Shown here piece by piece: positions 29,701 to 39,387 of a DNA stretch of 64,000 nucleotides (the first letter of the stretch is position 1; the number at the start of each line of letters is the position of its first letter). The position numbers and the translations under genes were made by a program. The notes under the pieces were generated by a model. It was not told where the DNA came from, made no database searches, and saw nothing but the letters and a program-made list of their open reading frames with translations. This DNA comes from Candidatus Moraniibacteriota bacterium (lineage in GTDB: Bacteria > Patescibacteriota > Minisyncoccia > Moranbacterales > DUUL01). Location of the stretch: contig JBFHFF010000002.1 of NCBI GenBank assembly GCA_041583775.1, positions 274 through 64,273 of the forward strand. Reading direction: 5' to 3'.

Positions 29701-30036
29701 CCTATCAAATGTCATTATAATAGAAGTAAATCCATCGCTAGCCCTGGATTCAATTTTGTCGATACCATCAACGCCTTTTAGCTCATTTTCAATAGGAATG
29801 GTTAAAAGTGTTTCAACATCTTCTGGCGTTGCGCCTGGAAGTGCAGCGCTAGCCACAATCATGGTTAATTTTATTTCTGGAGCTACAGTTTGAGGAGTAG
29901 TGTAATAGGCTGCCAATCCAGAAATAACAAGAGCCACTATCAAGAGAGAAACAATTCTCATGTTCTTTAAATAAGATTGAATCCCCTTAGGAATATCACT
30001 TTTGTTCCAAATAATATTTTTTAAATATTCGTTCAT
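26731..30036 (-). CDS. RND-superfamily efflux transporter permease subunit
   Basis: 1101 aa with 12-TM AcrB-like topology and two large periplasmic loops. Confidence 0.9.
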   Translation of the reverse strand: MNEYLKNIIWNKSDIPKGIQSYLKNMRIVSLLIVALVISGLAAYYTTPQTVAPEIKLTMIVASAALPGATPEDVETLLTIPIENELKGVDGIDKIESRASDGFTSIIMTFDRGVDKNKALSDVESALNSVGDLPEDATDPKSEAVDFEDYPIVQWAFTSESNSDTSLSSQMQKLIDELEADQAIDRVESAGQSKKEVQILIVPEQINALNLQMDAIRNAIKVALATLPSGTVGREGIERSLSIDASVRKVDDLRQLPIDLGGRIMPLGEIAVIAEKPVPGNVPAYIGNKQGIKKSITLNVYGTSGVDLSETAKAAQGIADKFIKENEGQISLYEITNVNSDLTKQFNDLMGNLSITILLVFVTLTLFVGQRQALIASMSIPLIYAIAFIAMKITDISVNFLSLFALMLSLGLLVDVTIVIISAMTTYKKEGSFDAHTTGMLVFRDFFVTLIATTLTTVWAFVPLLMAGGIIGEYIKPLPIVVSAVLGASVFVGFFVILPFMIWIFDFNLPKRVGLFLTGLFFVAIVIAIQKFLVLSLVWSVLAGVLSMIMLYSGTVLYKNFRKKRSQVKLDKKEDKNIIDITVLQEKYRDSLDYVLRSRSLSWKVIGIVTAFFIFAVSLVVGGFVKNEFFPGADNEYFYVSLELPEGKNAVDTEKFSKEVLTQITNVDGIDYGTLQIGYEVGAEGRVSSAGENKALFTVKAPLKEDGGRGSSVVAEDVRTLEIVKNNTQGKVSVLELAGGPPAGADVTIVFSGDNIKELTDLASELKEKIKKLPVENISISPESAAAAIVFVPDDYQLAREGFSNFQISNELRLLTNGSTIAEDIEFDDLEQDRDIVMRVNSEDASLLDLGRVRISGNGNQAVSLDSLGTIALKENVSEIKREDYERTITLSASAVGETNAVELNKQIGEIIDNQMSLPTGYSWRSGGANEQNNDSVASIIQGMGLAAILIFLTLIVILNSYRKAVIVLLTIPLAISGVFVMFGIFGITLSFPALIGVLALFGIVVNNAIIIISQINANRKSGMDFHTSVVEGASSRLEPILLSSLTTIVGLTPITLSDPLWQGLGGAIIAGLSFSGIIMLFFIPTVYYKMMRDEYDRSVF

Positions 30037-30063
30037 AAAAATTTATTTAAATTTTTTTCGTTC

Positions 30064-31218
30064 TCATCTAATGGGATAATTAGAGCTCTCTGGAACAGAA
30101 ACTTTTTGACCATCCGTTATTGAGCGATCCATAATTACCGAATCTTCTTTAGTAAGTCCTTCCAAGACCAGAACCTGTGAACCAATTAACGAACCTAATT
30201 CTACTTTTTTTACAACAGCATGGTCATTATCCAAAACATATACTTCAGAGCTATTATCTCCATAATGAATTGCATCAATAGGAACAAAAATCCCTTTTTC
30301 AGCTTTAATGGGTAATTTAACTTCAACGAAAGATCCCTCCTTAAAGTTTTCTCGGTCTTTTTCTTGAGGTTCTAGTGTAACAGCATAGGATTGTGCACCC
30401 ACTCCACTTTGAGCAATATGAATTATCTCCAAGGAAACTTCCTCTCCTTTATCATTTTTTGCAAAAAAATCTCCCTCTATGTCAATATTAGCAGCCCTCT
30501 CCTTGCCAACATAAGCAACTAAACGAACCTCTTTGAGATTCTGGGATTTCAACAAAGCCACTTTTTGTCCAAAAGAAACATAATCGCCTTTACGCACCAA
30601 TGATTCTTGAATGACTCCACTAAAAGGAGCTACTGTTTTATAAAGAGCTGTGGCGGCATAAGCTTGATTTCTCTGCAATCGAGCACTGTCATAACTAAAT
30701 TCCGCGGCTCTTTTTTGTAATGTAATTTGTTTTTTCTCAATTCTAGCCTCTTCATCCCCTGTTCTTCTTACTTCATCACGCTGATAATCCAAGATGTCAT
30801 CTTGGATTTCCAGAACATCTTTTTGATATTGAGTATTTCTAGCGCTTACCGCCGCTGCTGCTGCTACCTGAGAAGATCCACTATAAGTATCAGAAATTTT
30901 CATTATTTCCCCACCTCGAGTAACTTCATCACCTTCTTCAAGCATTCGCGTTACAATCCCATTAGCAGTGGCAATTAAAACCAATGTATCAGCTCTATCT
31001 ACCTCAGCCTCTACTATAGCTAAATTTTTCTCTGTCTGAGGATTATACAATGTGACTTGCTTAATACTCTCTTGTTCATCAAGATCATTCTCAAAGGATT
31101 GAGTGCGCAATTTATTCCCCATAAAAATAACTCCAAATAAGATCACTAAGCTAAACACAAAAGTAATCAATGGAAAATGAACAATATATTTAAGAATTTT
31201 TTTCATATTTTTTACCAA
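30064..31218 (-). CDS. RND efflux periplasmic adaptor subunit (HlyD/MFP family)
   Basis: 384 aa. N-terminal anchor, coiled-coil region and a beta-barrel C-terminus. Sits immediately upstream of the RND permease. Confidence 0.8.
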   Translation of the reverse strand: MVKNMKKILKYIVHFPLITFVFSLVILFGVIFMGNKLRTQSFENDLDEQESIKQVTLYNPQTEKNLAIVEAEVDRADTLVLIATANGIVTRMLEEGDEVTRGGEIMKISDTYSGSSQVAAAAAVSARNTQYQKDVLEIQDDILDYQRDEVRRTGDEEARIEKKQITLQKRAAEFSYDSARLQRNQAYAATALYKTVAPFSGVIQESLVRKGDYVSFGQKVALLKSQNLKEVRLVAYVGKERAANIDIEGDFFAKNDKGEEVSLEIIHIAQSGVGAQSYAVTLEPQEKDRENFKEGSFVEVKLPIKAEKGIFVPIDAIHYGDNSSEVYVLDNDHAVVKKVELGSLIGSQVLVLEGLTKEDSVIMDRSITDGQKVSVPESSNYPIR

Positions 31219-31751
31219 TTATTCAATCAACTTTAAACTAATTATTATCTCTTATCTCTAAATTTTTTATTTATTCATATAAAATTACCCTCAAAATATC
31301 TGCTTATTAATCATTAAAAACTATTAAAAATTCTATCTTTTTCTATAAATAATATCTTAAAAGTATCGTTTATTTCTTCAGACAGAACTTTTTTATTAAT
31401 AAAACAACCACTTTCTTAATCAATCAAAACTAGCATATTTGAACATATTAGTCAATAAAATTTTGTATGTGAATAATTTTCAGATTTATATTTTTTTATA
31501 GTATTAAAATAGACAACAAAGGTGTTAGTGGGGGATCAAATTACCCTTCATAATTCACTTTTTATTAATATTGAAATTTATAAAAACATAGAGATAAAAA
31601 GAATATCAGTGTGAAAAAACTTATAGATGACTTTTTTAAAGTTACCATTAAACACTACAGCTCAAAAAAAGAACCGTTTTTTACCTAAACATAAGACCAA
31701 ATACAACATTGGACTTTTTTATTATTCTGTGCTATACTTCTTATTGTAATA

Positions 31752-31800
31752 AAGACGGGTGTTACACATATTTTTTATGTGACAGCGTCTTTTTTTATTT
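31752..31800 (+). promoter_or_regulatory. terminator-like hairpin plus T-run, 25 nt upstream of the gldA start
   Basis: aagacg-ggtgttacacat-attttttatgtgacag-cgtctt followed by ttttttt. It lies in the 600-bp intergenic region between the RND operon and gldA. Confidence 0.4.
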
Positions 31801-31824
31801 TTAATTTTAAAAAACAAAAACAAA

Positions 31825-32913
31825 ATGATCCAAGCAAGTATCTTCCCAGGACGATATACACAAGGTGCTGGTGCACTGTCAACTCTCGGGAAAGAAGCAA
31901 AAAAGTTCGGCGAAAAAGCATTCGCAATCTGTGACCCATTCGTGTTAGAGTCTATAATCCCAGACTATAAAGAGGATATTGAAAAAGAAATTGAAATCAA
32001 GTTTGAAAAATTTAATGGTGAGTGTTCTGATAAAGAAATTGCTAGAGTTTCAGCCCTAGTCAAAGAAGCTGGGAGTGCTGTTATGATTGCAATTGGAGGA
32101 GGAAAAACCATAGATACTGCTAAGGCAGTTGCTCATGAGCTTTCTATTCCCATAATCGTTGCTCCAACAATTGCCTCAACTGATGCTCCTTGTAGTGCTC
32201 TTTCTGTGATTTATACTGATGAGGGAGTTGTTGATCGATATTTGTTTTTACCAACAAATCCAAACTGTGTTTTAGTAGATACCACTGTTATTTCTAAATC
32301 ACCCTCTCGTTTTCTAGTCTCTGGAATGGGAGATGCTCTGTCCACTTGGATTGAAGCACGATCTTGTCAAGTTAAATATGCCGACAATTTTGCTGGCGCT
32401 AAAGGTTCTATGACTGCTTATGCTCTAGCAGAACTCTGTTTTGAAACTCTTTTAGAATATGGTGAAATTGCTAAAGTTTGTAATGATGCAAATGTTGTTA
32501 CTCCTGCATTCGAAAAAATTGTTGAGGCAAACACTCTTTTGAGTGGACTTGGTTTTGAAAGTGGTGGAATTGCTTCTTGTCATGCGATTCACAATGGTCT
32601 TACAGCACTTGAGCCAACTCATGCATATTTCCATGGAGAGAAAGTTGCAATTGGTGTTGTATCCTCCCTCTTCTTAACAGACAAACCAGCAGAATTTATA
32701 GATGAAATTTATACATTTTGTGAATCTATAGGACTTCCAACAACTCTTGCACAAGTTGGACTCAACAATCCAACGGACGAAGATTTGATGAAAGTCGCTG
32801 AAAAAGCTTGTGCCGAAGGAGAAACAATTTATAACGAATTGGTTCCGATAACACCTGAATCTGTTTTTGCAGCAATTAAAGCTGCTGATGCATACGGAAG
32901 ATCGAGACAATAA
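31825..32913 (+). CDS. gldA: glycerol dehydrogenase (iron-containing ADH family)
   Basis: 362 aa. N-terminus IQASIFPGRYTQGAGAL and the core are GldA-like. Confidence 0.85.
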   Translation: MIQASIFPGRYTQGAGALSTLGKEAKKFGEKAFAICDPFVLESIIPDYKEDIEKEIEIKFEKFNGECSDKEIARVSALVKEAGSAVMIAIGGGKTIDTAKAVAHELSIPIIVAPTIASTDAPCSALSVIYTDEGVVDRYLFLPTNPNCVLVDTTVISKSPSRFLVSGMGDALSTWIEARSCQVKYADNFAGAKGSMTAYALAELCFETLLEYGEIAKVCNDANVVTPAFEKIVEANTLLSGLGFESGGIASCHAIHNGLTALEPTHAYFHGEKVAIGVVSSLFLTDKPAEFIDEIYTFCESIGLPTTLAQVGLNNPTDEDLMKVAEKACAEGETIYNELVPITPESVFAAIKAADAYGRSRQ

Positions 32914-32935
32914 AAAATAATAACTCTTAAATAAA

Positions 32936-32965
32936 CAAAAAACGCCTTTTAAGGCGTTTTTTGTT
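32936..32965. terminator. bidirectional rho-independent terminator
   Basis: aaaaaacgcc-tttta-aggcgtttttt. Confidence 0.8.
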
Positions 32966-32987
32966 TATTTACTCAAACACACACTCT

Positions 32988-34733
32988 CTAGAAAATATTA
33001 CATCCTTTAAAATCAGTTTCTTTGCCCGAAGAATTTTCTTTAGGTCTTAATTTATAAACTACTAAAGTACCTTTTCTATATTCAAACTCAACACTGTTAT
33101 TTTCTAGAATATCTTTACTCAATTGTTTTGAACTTCCTCTTTTTATATAATAAACAATTTTATTAAAATCAGACTCATAACTGCTCATTTTAAAATAACA
33201 ATCAGTTTTTGCTTCTAATTCATATTTCAAAATATAAAAAATTGATCTCGCGTAATAATTGTCCGCTGCAATATATATTTTTTCTCCACCATTTTTTTCA
33301 GCATCAAATTTTAGCTCAATAGCAAGCTCCTCTAATTGTTCTAGAGTAACCCCTCCACCACCAGGCATAATTATCTCTCGATAATCTCTTATGGCATTTT
33401 CATTAATTTTAACATCATTTTCAATTTGAAAAAATTTTAAATTTGCATTTAAGTTTAGAAAAAACAAAAAAAGAAACAGGGTTACACTTGCAATTTTTAC
33501 TTTATTACAGGAAAATTTTTCCAATAAAAGTTCAATCAATAATCCAAACATTACTAAAAAGGGAATTACCCCTGCCAAAAAAAATCTTGGAGAAAGTTTA
33601 TACGAAAGTGGTATTAACAAAAAAAGGAAAGAAACAAACCAAATAAAATTTAACAGCAAAAAAGGGTTTCGTTTTTTTATTTTCATTTCCCTAGTCACCC
33701 GATAGCTAAATGCCAAAATTCCTAAAGCAAAAACAAAACAAGCAAAAATTGTTTGCTTTAAATACTTTTCACAGGCGTCATCACACACAAACCTCATACC
33801 GCCTTTTTTATTTTTCGTGCTGACTATATCAGTGCTTTGATTACTGGAAATAATTGCCAAATTAAACCTGCTTGATTCTTGAAAAATTCGAAATGTTTTT
33901 TCAAAAAAATTGTGCCCTGTATCTCCAATTTCTGTTCTTTGGGTAAAAGTGCTTATAAATGCCCTGCTATTTTGCAGATCATTTCTTGTTTCAAAATAAA
34001 TTACCGGGGAATAAACAAAACAAAAAATCAATACCCCAAATAAATAATGCTTAAAATTTATTTGAGGGTTAATTATTACAAGAAAAACAACTAATACAAC
34101 TGGTGCTAAAAAAAATGTCACAAAATGTAACTGTCCAACAATAGCAGTTGCAAAAAAAGATAAATACAGCCAATAAAAATAATTCTCACCTTTCTTTTCG
34201 ACTACCTTCAAAAGACTGATTGCAATTAATAGCATAAAAAATGGAATTGAATTGGGGTTCCAAGCAAACCGTGCATAGAAAACAGTGAAAATTGAAGTTG
34301 TAAAAATTGACAACAATCCTAGAGAAATCCATTTTGAAAAATAATTTTTTATAAAAAAATAAAAAAGTGGCAAAGAAAGAATCGCAAAAAATAAGTCTGG
34401 CCAAGCCATAACATTTGATTTGTCACCAAAAACTTTTGCTGTCACATATTGAAAATAATAAAATATTGGTCCCAACTTCAAATCACTACCACTCGCTTGC
34501 GGTCCTAATAGGGGTAATTTGTCGATTCCACCTCTAACGGCATTGCTGATAATTGTTGCGTCTCTTGATTGGTCAAGCTGAAAATGCAACCAATCGTGAT
34601 GATGAAAAGTTCGTAAAAAAACTCCTACACCTAGAATAAAAAATAATAAAATGAGGAAAATGATTTTTTCTTTTCTTTTAAAAAACTTTCTTCCAACTTC
34701 AATCCGTGTTTTTATTTCTTTTTTATAATTCAT
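32988..34733 (-). CDS. ArnT/PMT-like (GT39/GT83) lipid-carrier-dependent glycosyltransferase, polytopic
   Basis: 581 aa with about 11 TM helices and a first-loop acidic motif (LDQSRDA). The architecture resembles the ArnT/PMT family. Confidence 0.55.
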   Translation of the reverse strand: MNYKKEIKTRIEVGRKFFKRKEKIIFLILLFFILGVGVFLRTFHHHDWLHFQLDQSRDATIISNAVRGGIDKLPLLGPQASGSDLKLGPIFYYFQYVTAKVFGDKSNVMAWPDLFFAILSLPLFYFFIKNYFSKWISLGLLSIFTTSIFTVFYARFAWNPNSIPFFMLLIAISLLKVVEKKGENYFYWLYLSFFATAIVGQLHFVTFFLAPVVLVVFLVIINPQINFKHYLFGVLIFCFVYSPVIYFETRNDLQNSRAFISTFTQRTEIGDTGHNFFEKTFRIFQESSRFNLAIISSNQSTDIVSTKNKKGGMRFVCDDACEKYLKQTIFACFVFALGILAFSYRVTREMKIKKRNPFLLLNFIWFVSFLFLLIPLSYKLSPRFFLAGVIPFLVMFGLLIELLLEKFSCNKVKIASVTLFLFLFFLNLNANLKFFQIENDVKINENAIRDYREIIMPGGGGVTLEQLEELAIELKFDAEKNGGEKIYIAADNYYARSIFYILKYELEAKTDCYFKMSSYESDFNKIVYYIKRGSSKQLSKDILENNSVEFEYRKGTLVVYKLRPKENSSGKETDFKGCNIF

Positions 34734-34928
34734 ATAAAAATATCCTCTGTTTAAAAAATATTAGAAACCATTGCGATGCTTTTTATTATAGCAATTGAAT
34801 TAAATAGCTCAATTAAATTTTTATTTATACAAAAAATCATCCAGAAAAATCCTCTTTGGATGTCAAAAAATTAATCTTTTTTATTCAAACTTATTAAATT
34901 ATTTTCAACTTCATTTCACCTCAAAAAA

Positions 34929-35657
34929 CTACTTTGTTTTATTTTTTCCTTTCCCACTCCAAGGTCTAATTTCAGTCGCTTCAAATTGATTCTTTTCTTG
35001 TTTTTGTTTTCCTATTGCTTTTATTGTTTCGCCTTTTTTCAATTCCACCGCTCCACGAACAAATGTATCTTTTGTGACAAGTACTTCCCAGTCTTCTTCT
35101 TTAAAGGTTTCTATGATTAAAATATCTACGCTATCAATTTTCTCTACTGAGATAATTTCTCCTGAAAGCAGACCATTTTCTGGTTGTGACCATTGATCTT
35201 CTTTGGTGTGAATCACCTCTGTATATCCTGGAATATTGTCTATAAAAATTTGATTGAGTTTCCTGTTAAGCCCTGAGAAATATAGCAACAAACTTAGTAT
35301 GAAACTAGCTATAACAATAATCCCTAGAGCAAATAAAAGTTCATAGTGATAACCCTTTTTTGTATGTCGCAAATTTTTATATGAAATAAAAATAAAAACT
35401 ATCAAAAAAATAAACCAGAGATGTGGAAACATTACCAAAAAAGTCTCGAGAAAACTATCACCTATATTTCTATAAATCTGCCAATCGAGCTCCTCTATGA
35501 GAAAGGCTAAGATAGAAAATGAAACCCCTCCAGCCAAAATAGATACTATAAATACTATCCACCAAAAAAAGTTTTTTGCTTCGATTCTCCACTTTGCGAC
35601 TGGTCTGATTTTCTCTTTTTTAATTTTTTCCAGCCCTTTTTCAATAAAATTTTCCAT
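34929..35657 (-). CDS. membrane protein, putative anti-sigma-factor partner
   Basis: 242 aa. The start is 18 nt downstream of the ECF sigma gene. Paralogous to 43627-44412. Confidence 0.5.
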   Translation of the reverse strand: MENFIEKGLEKIKKEKIRPVAKWRIEAKNFFWWIVFIVSILAGGVSFSILAFLIEELDWQIYRNIGDSFLETFLVMFPHLWFIFLIVFIFISYKNLRHTKKGYHYELLFALGIIVIASFILSLLLYFSGLNRKLNQIFIDNIPGYTEVIHTKEDQWSQPENGLLSGEIISVEKIDSVDILIIETFKEEDWEVLVTKDTFVRGAVELKKGETIKAIGKQKQEKNQFEATEIRPWSGKGKNKTK

Positions 35658-35675
35658 CTTTTTTTGCTAATTTTA

Positions 35676-36266
35676 TTACAAACAATCAATTTTCAACTTC
35701 TTTAACTCCTCCTTGAGAGACTCTCTTCCTCTGGACACCAATGTTGCAACACTTCCCTTTGGTTTCTTCAGGATATCCATAATTTCTTCGTATGTTTTTT
35801 CTTCCAAAAAACGCAGTACCATCACATCTCTATATTTCATCGGCAAATTCTTAATCGCCCTCCTAGCCCTTTTCAAACAATCATCTGTTAAAACTTTCTC
35901 CTCCAAATCTACACTTGCGCTAAGAAAAAACTGTGTATCATGCTCATTTAATTCATCGTATGAATTTTCATTTTGCCTTTTTGACTTTCTAATCGCGTCA
36001 ATTACTTGGTTGTGTGTAACTCGATAAATCCAACTAGAAAATTTTGTCTCTTCGTCAAATTCATTTAAGTTGCGATAAGCACTAATCAAGACTTCCTGTA
36101 AAATATCTTCGATGTCTTCGTTCGAAAAATATGAAATTCTTTTAACATACCAAAATAATTTTTCTTGATAGCGACTCATAACAATCCCAAAATATTCTGG
36201 GTCCTCTATCGATAACTGAATCAATTCGATATCACTTTTATTGGAATAATTTTCTTTTGTTTTCAT
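35676..36266 (-). CDS. ECF-subfamily RNA polymerase sigma-70 factor
   Basis: 196 aa with region-2 (VLISAYRNL...FSSWIYRVTHNQVIDAIRK) and region-4 (YRDVMVLRFLEEKTYEEIMDIL) signatures. Confidence 0.85.
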   Translation of the reverse strand: MKTKENYSNKSDIELIQLSIEDPEYFGIVMSRYQEKLFWYVKRISYFSNEDIEDILQEVLISAYRNLNEFDEETKFSSWIYRVTHNQVIDAIRKSKRQNENSYDELNEHDTQFFLSASVDLEEKVLTDDCLKRARRAIKNLPMKYRDVMVLRFLEEKTYEEIMDILKKPKGSVATLVSRGRESLKEELKKLKIDCL

Positions 36267-36660
36267 TAAAATATTTCCTACAGCCTTTTCTAATTTCTTT
36301 TTTAGTTTTTATATAAATTTATTCTAACATATCTTACTCATCACAAAAGCCATAAATAAAAATCGCTACAAATTATTACAAAAAACATCCCTTAATATCT
36401 GTATAAAACCTACAATCAAGAGATGAAGCACGGCTTTCTTCCTCAAAATGATAATGGGTATCTATTGGAGCCATTTTTTAAATTTCAAGGAATTAATAAT
36501 AAAATAGCAACAACGATAATAGATAATATCACGGAATAGAAGAATACTTTTAATAACGGTTTTTTTGTCCATTATAAATTTAAATTGATAAATCATCTTA
36601 CCACTAACTAGTTTACCCCAAGAGAGAAGGTACAAACCTTCCCTCTTTTGTGTAAACCAA

Positions 36661-37128
36661 TTATTTTAAGTTATCACAATTTCCGTCTCCATCGCTATCA
36701 ATGAAGTTTCCTCCCTTGTTTTGCCCTCGATTCTCACCCTGTCCTCGTCCCTCTCCATTTCCTTTACCATAACCTTCTCTCATTCTCTCACCGTCGCTAG
36801 TTCTAAGACCTAATTCTTTCCTGATCTCATCAGCTTTTGCAGTCTCTCCTGCCTCTCCCAATCTATGAGCCTCAGCAAAACGGGAAAAATTTTCTTCAGT
36901 TATAATATCAGAGACTCTTCCTTGCCCATTTATTTGCTCCTTCCAAGCATTGTAATTATTCTCCTCAAAAGCATTTTCCATAATTTCATGCCTTTGTTCT
37001 GAATAATTTGGACCTTTTTCTGAAAAATCTCCACGATAAGCCAAGGTATCACTTACTCCAGCAGCTGCCATTACAGCAATTGCTGCTAGGCCAAAAATTG
37101 ACGGGATGATTATTTTTTTACTATTCAT
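36661..37128 (-). CDS. secreted Gly-rich protein, function unknown
   Basis: 155 aa. Signal peptide. C-terminal low-complexity GYGKGNGEGRGQGENRGQNKGG followed by DSDGDGNCDN. Confidence 0.5.
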   Translation of the reverse strand: MNSKKIIIPSIFGLAAIAVMAAAGVSDTLAYRGDFSEKGPNYSEQRHEIMENAFEENNYNAWKEQINGQGRVSDIITEENFSRFAEAHRLGEAGETAKADEIRKELGLRTSDGERMREGYGKGNGEGRGQGENRGQNKGGNFIDSDGDGNCDNLK

Positions 37129-37277
37129 TTTTTTAGATTAACTAATTATTTTGAAAAGATATTTTTGGTTTCCGCGGAAAAATTACTAAACACCCTTTCA
37201 TTGAGTATAACGAATCCGACCTTAAAAAGTTTTCATTTCTTTGTTTTAATTTTTTAGACAAATGCTAATATTAATGT

Positions 37278-37979
37278 ATGAGATATTTTATTACTACAAT
37301 TATTCTTATTCTTTTAAGCTTGTTGTTATTTCTTTTAACAACTGATTTTTCAAAAAAAGAAAAAGTTACCACTCCTAATCCGACTATTGTTGATGAAATT
37401 ATAGATCCTATACCAACTGATACAAAAGAGTCTATTACAGAAGCCCCCTTTTCAGATATAACCGAAGAGAAGAAGTTAAAATTTGCACCCCCACTAGAAA
37501 AAGCCAGCGAAAGAATCACCAAAAAAAAATTTGGGCAATTTATTACACCACAAAATTCACCAGTTCAACCTGAAAAATTTTCTGGATATCACACTGGTGT
37601 TGATTTTGAAATATTTCCAAAAGAATTAATTAGTAACATTTCTGTTAGTGCTGTTTGTGATGGTTTACTAAAAACAAAGAAGGATGCAACTGGTTACGGA
37701 GGCGTTGTTGTCCAAAGTTGTGAAATAGACTCTCAGCAAGTAACAATTATCTATGGACATTTAGATTTAGCAAGTGTAACTAAAGAAATAGGGGGAAAAT
37801 TATTGGTTGGTGAAAAAATAGGAGTCCTGGGTGCAGATAAAAGTCTTCAGACTAGTGGCGAAAGGAAGCATTTACATCTAGGTGTTCACAAAGGCACAGA
37901 AATCAATATCCTAGGTTATGTTCAAGCAAAAAATGAACTCTCTAAATGGATTGATCCTTGTCTATATTTTTGTAATTAA
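37278..37979 (+). CDS. M23-family metallopeptidase (secreted/membrane-anchored)
   Basis: 233 aa with GYHTGVDF, IIYGHLD and HLHLGVH M23 motifs. Confidence 0.8.
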   Translation: MRYFITTIILILLSLLLFLLTTDFSKKEKVTTPNPTIVDEIIDPIPTDTKESITEAPFSDITEEKKLKFAPPLEKASERITKKKFGQFITPQNSPVQPEKFSGYHTGVDFEIFPKELISNISVSAVCDGLLKTKKDATGYGGVVVQSCEIDSQQVTIIYGHLDLASVTKEIGGKLLVGEKIGVLGADKSLQTSGERKHLHLGVHKGTEINILGYVQAKNELSKWIDPCLYFCN

Positions 37980-38118
37980 TCTAGTTTATTAATTTCACAA
38001 TTCCCCCTCTCATTTGATTTAATTTAAATAAAATATCTATTTTTTAGCCTTTAAAAAAATAAAAACAAGCCCTTTTTTGAGCTTGTTTTCAAAAACACTA
38101 AAATTGCTGTTTACCTCT

Positions 38119-39381
38119 TTATTGAGAAGTCTCTTTGTAATTACCAACATTAACTTTAGTTGGACACTCCAATATACAAGATCTAGTTTTAACCCCTGAA
38201 CCTCCACAACCATTACTACACATACCACTCTCTGCTCCTATTGACTCAGAAGAACAATCACCATTACATACTCCGCTCCAAGTAACTGGGTGCGATGAGC
38301 AAGTGTTGTCTGGTGTACATAATGAATTTACAGTTACAGATTTAACACCAGTAGTATCTCCAAACGAGTTCCAACACTCCATTTTATATGTTTTATTAGC
38401 GGTGATATTATTTTGATTTTCACCTGAACTGTTAATAGCCTTCCATCCACTAGCCCAATCACCACTAGCCCAACAAGAAGTTGCATTAGTAGTTGACCAA
38501 GATAGTGTAGAAGTATCCCCATAAACAACGGTGGTTGGGTCAGCTATAAAATTAAGCGTTGGTACAGCTCTAACAATAAAATTAACATTTGCACAAGCTA
38601 CTGAACTTGTGTCGTTCCAACTGGTCCATGCTGATCCATGAAAAACACAATAAGTCATTTTATGAGTCCCTGAAGCAAAAGAGTTTGAGTTATAAGTCTG
38701 AGTTTGATTACTTGACGCCTTGGTGTCCAAAAGGGTTCCACTGTTAACAGTTCCGTTTCCATCCAATCTCCAAAGATAGCCTCTCATAACATCTCCATTA
38801 ACATCACTTGAAGTGCCCCTAAAAACAATATTTGTTCCAGCAAGTGATGTGGATGGGTTTGCTGTTACTTGAACTACTGGTGGTCTCGGTGGCGTGCAAG
38901 ATCTTATATTTGGGGCTCTATCAGCACAACTAGATCCACCAACAGTGCCATAATAATATCCTGTCGGATACTGAACCCCCCTTGAGTTACAAGCTCCCCA
39001 AGATCTCACCCCTGTGGTATATGTACAACTATACGAAGCTGTTTTATGCACAAACTCCCCACAGCCAGCCAAAAAGGGACTATAGCCTCCACATCTATAA
39101 GCAACTGTGCCACTATAAACACCGTTTATAACATTAGTTCTTGCAAAATACATTGACCTTGGACATGACCATAGAGCCCCCATTTTGGTAACAGTTCTTT
39201 TATTACAAAGAAGACCATTCATAACACTTGGAACTTGATAACCCTTCCCCACTGCTATGGTTGTATAACCCGTAACAACTTCATTACTTCTAACAGTTAC
39301 AGCATTAGCATCTGCTTTCACTTCCCCTAAAAAAAGAATACTAATGAATATAAAAATTTTTAACTTAAGTTTATTTTTCAT
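38119..39381 (-). CDS. secreted Cys-, Thr- and Ser-rich protein with PKD/Ig-like repeats
   Basis: 420 aa. Signal peptide. About 30 Cys. A PKD-like segment SSDVNGDVMRGYLWRLDGNGT. GC-richer than its neighbours. Confidence 0.55.
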   Translation of the reverse strand: MKNKLKLKIFIFISILFLGEVKADANAVTVRSNEVVTGYTTIAVGKGYQVPSVMNGLLCNKRTVTKMGALWSCPRSMYFARTNVINGVYSGTVAYRCGGYSPFLAGCGEFVHKTASYSCTYTTGVRSWGACNSRGVQYPTGYYYGTVGGSSCADRAPNIRSCTPPRPPVVQVTANPSTSLAGTNIVFRGTSSDVNGDVMRGYLWRLDGNGTVNSGTLLDTKASSNQTQTYNSNSFASGTHKMTYCVFHGSAWTSWNDTSSVACANVNFIVRAVPTLNFIADPTTVVYGDTSTLSWSTTNATSCWASGDWASGWKAINSSGENQNNITANKTYKMECWNSFGDTTGVKSVTVNSLCTPDNTCSSHPVTWSGVCNGDCSSESIGAESGMCSNGCGGSGVKTRSCILECPTKVNVGNYKETSQ

Positions 39382-39387
39382 ATTTTT

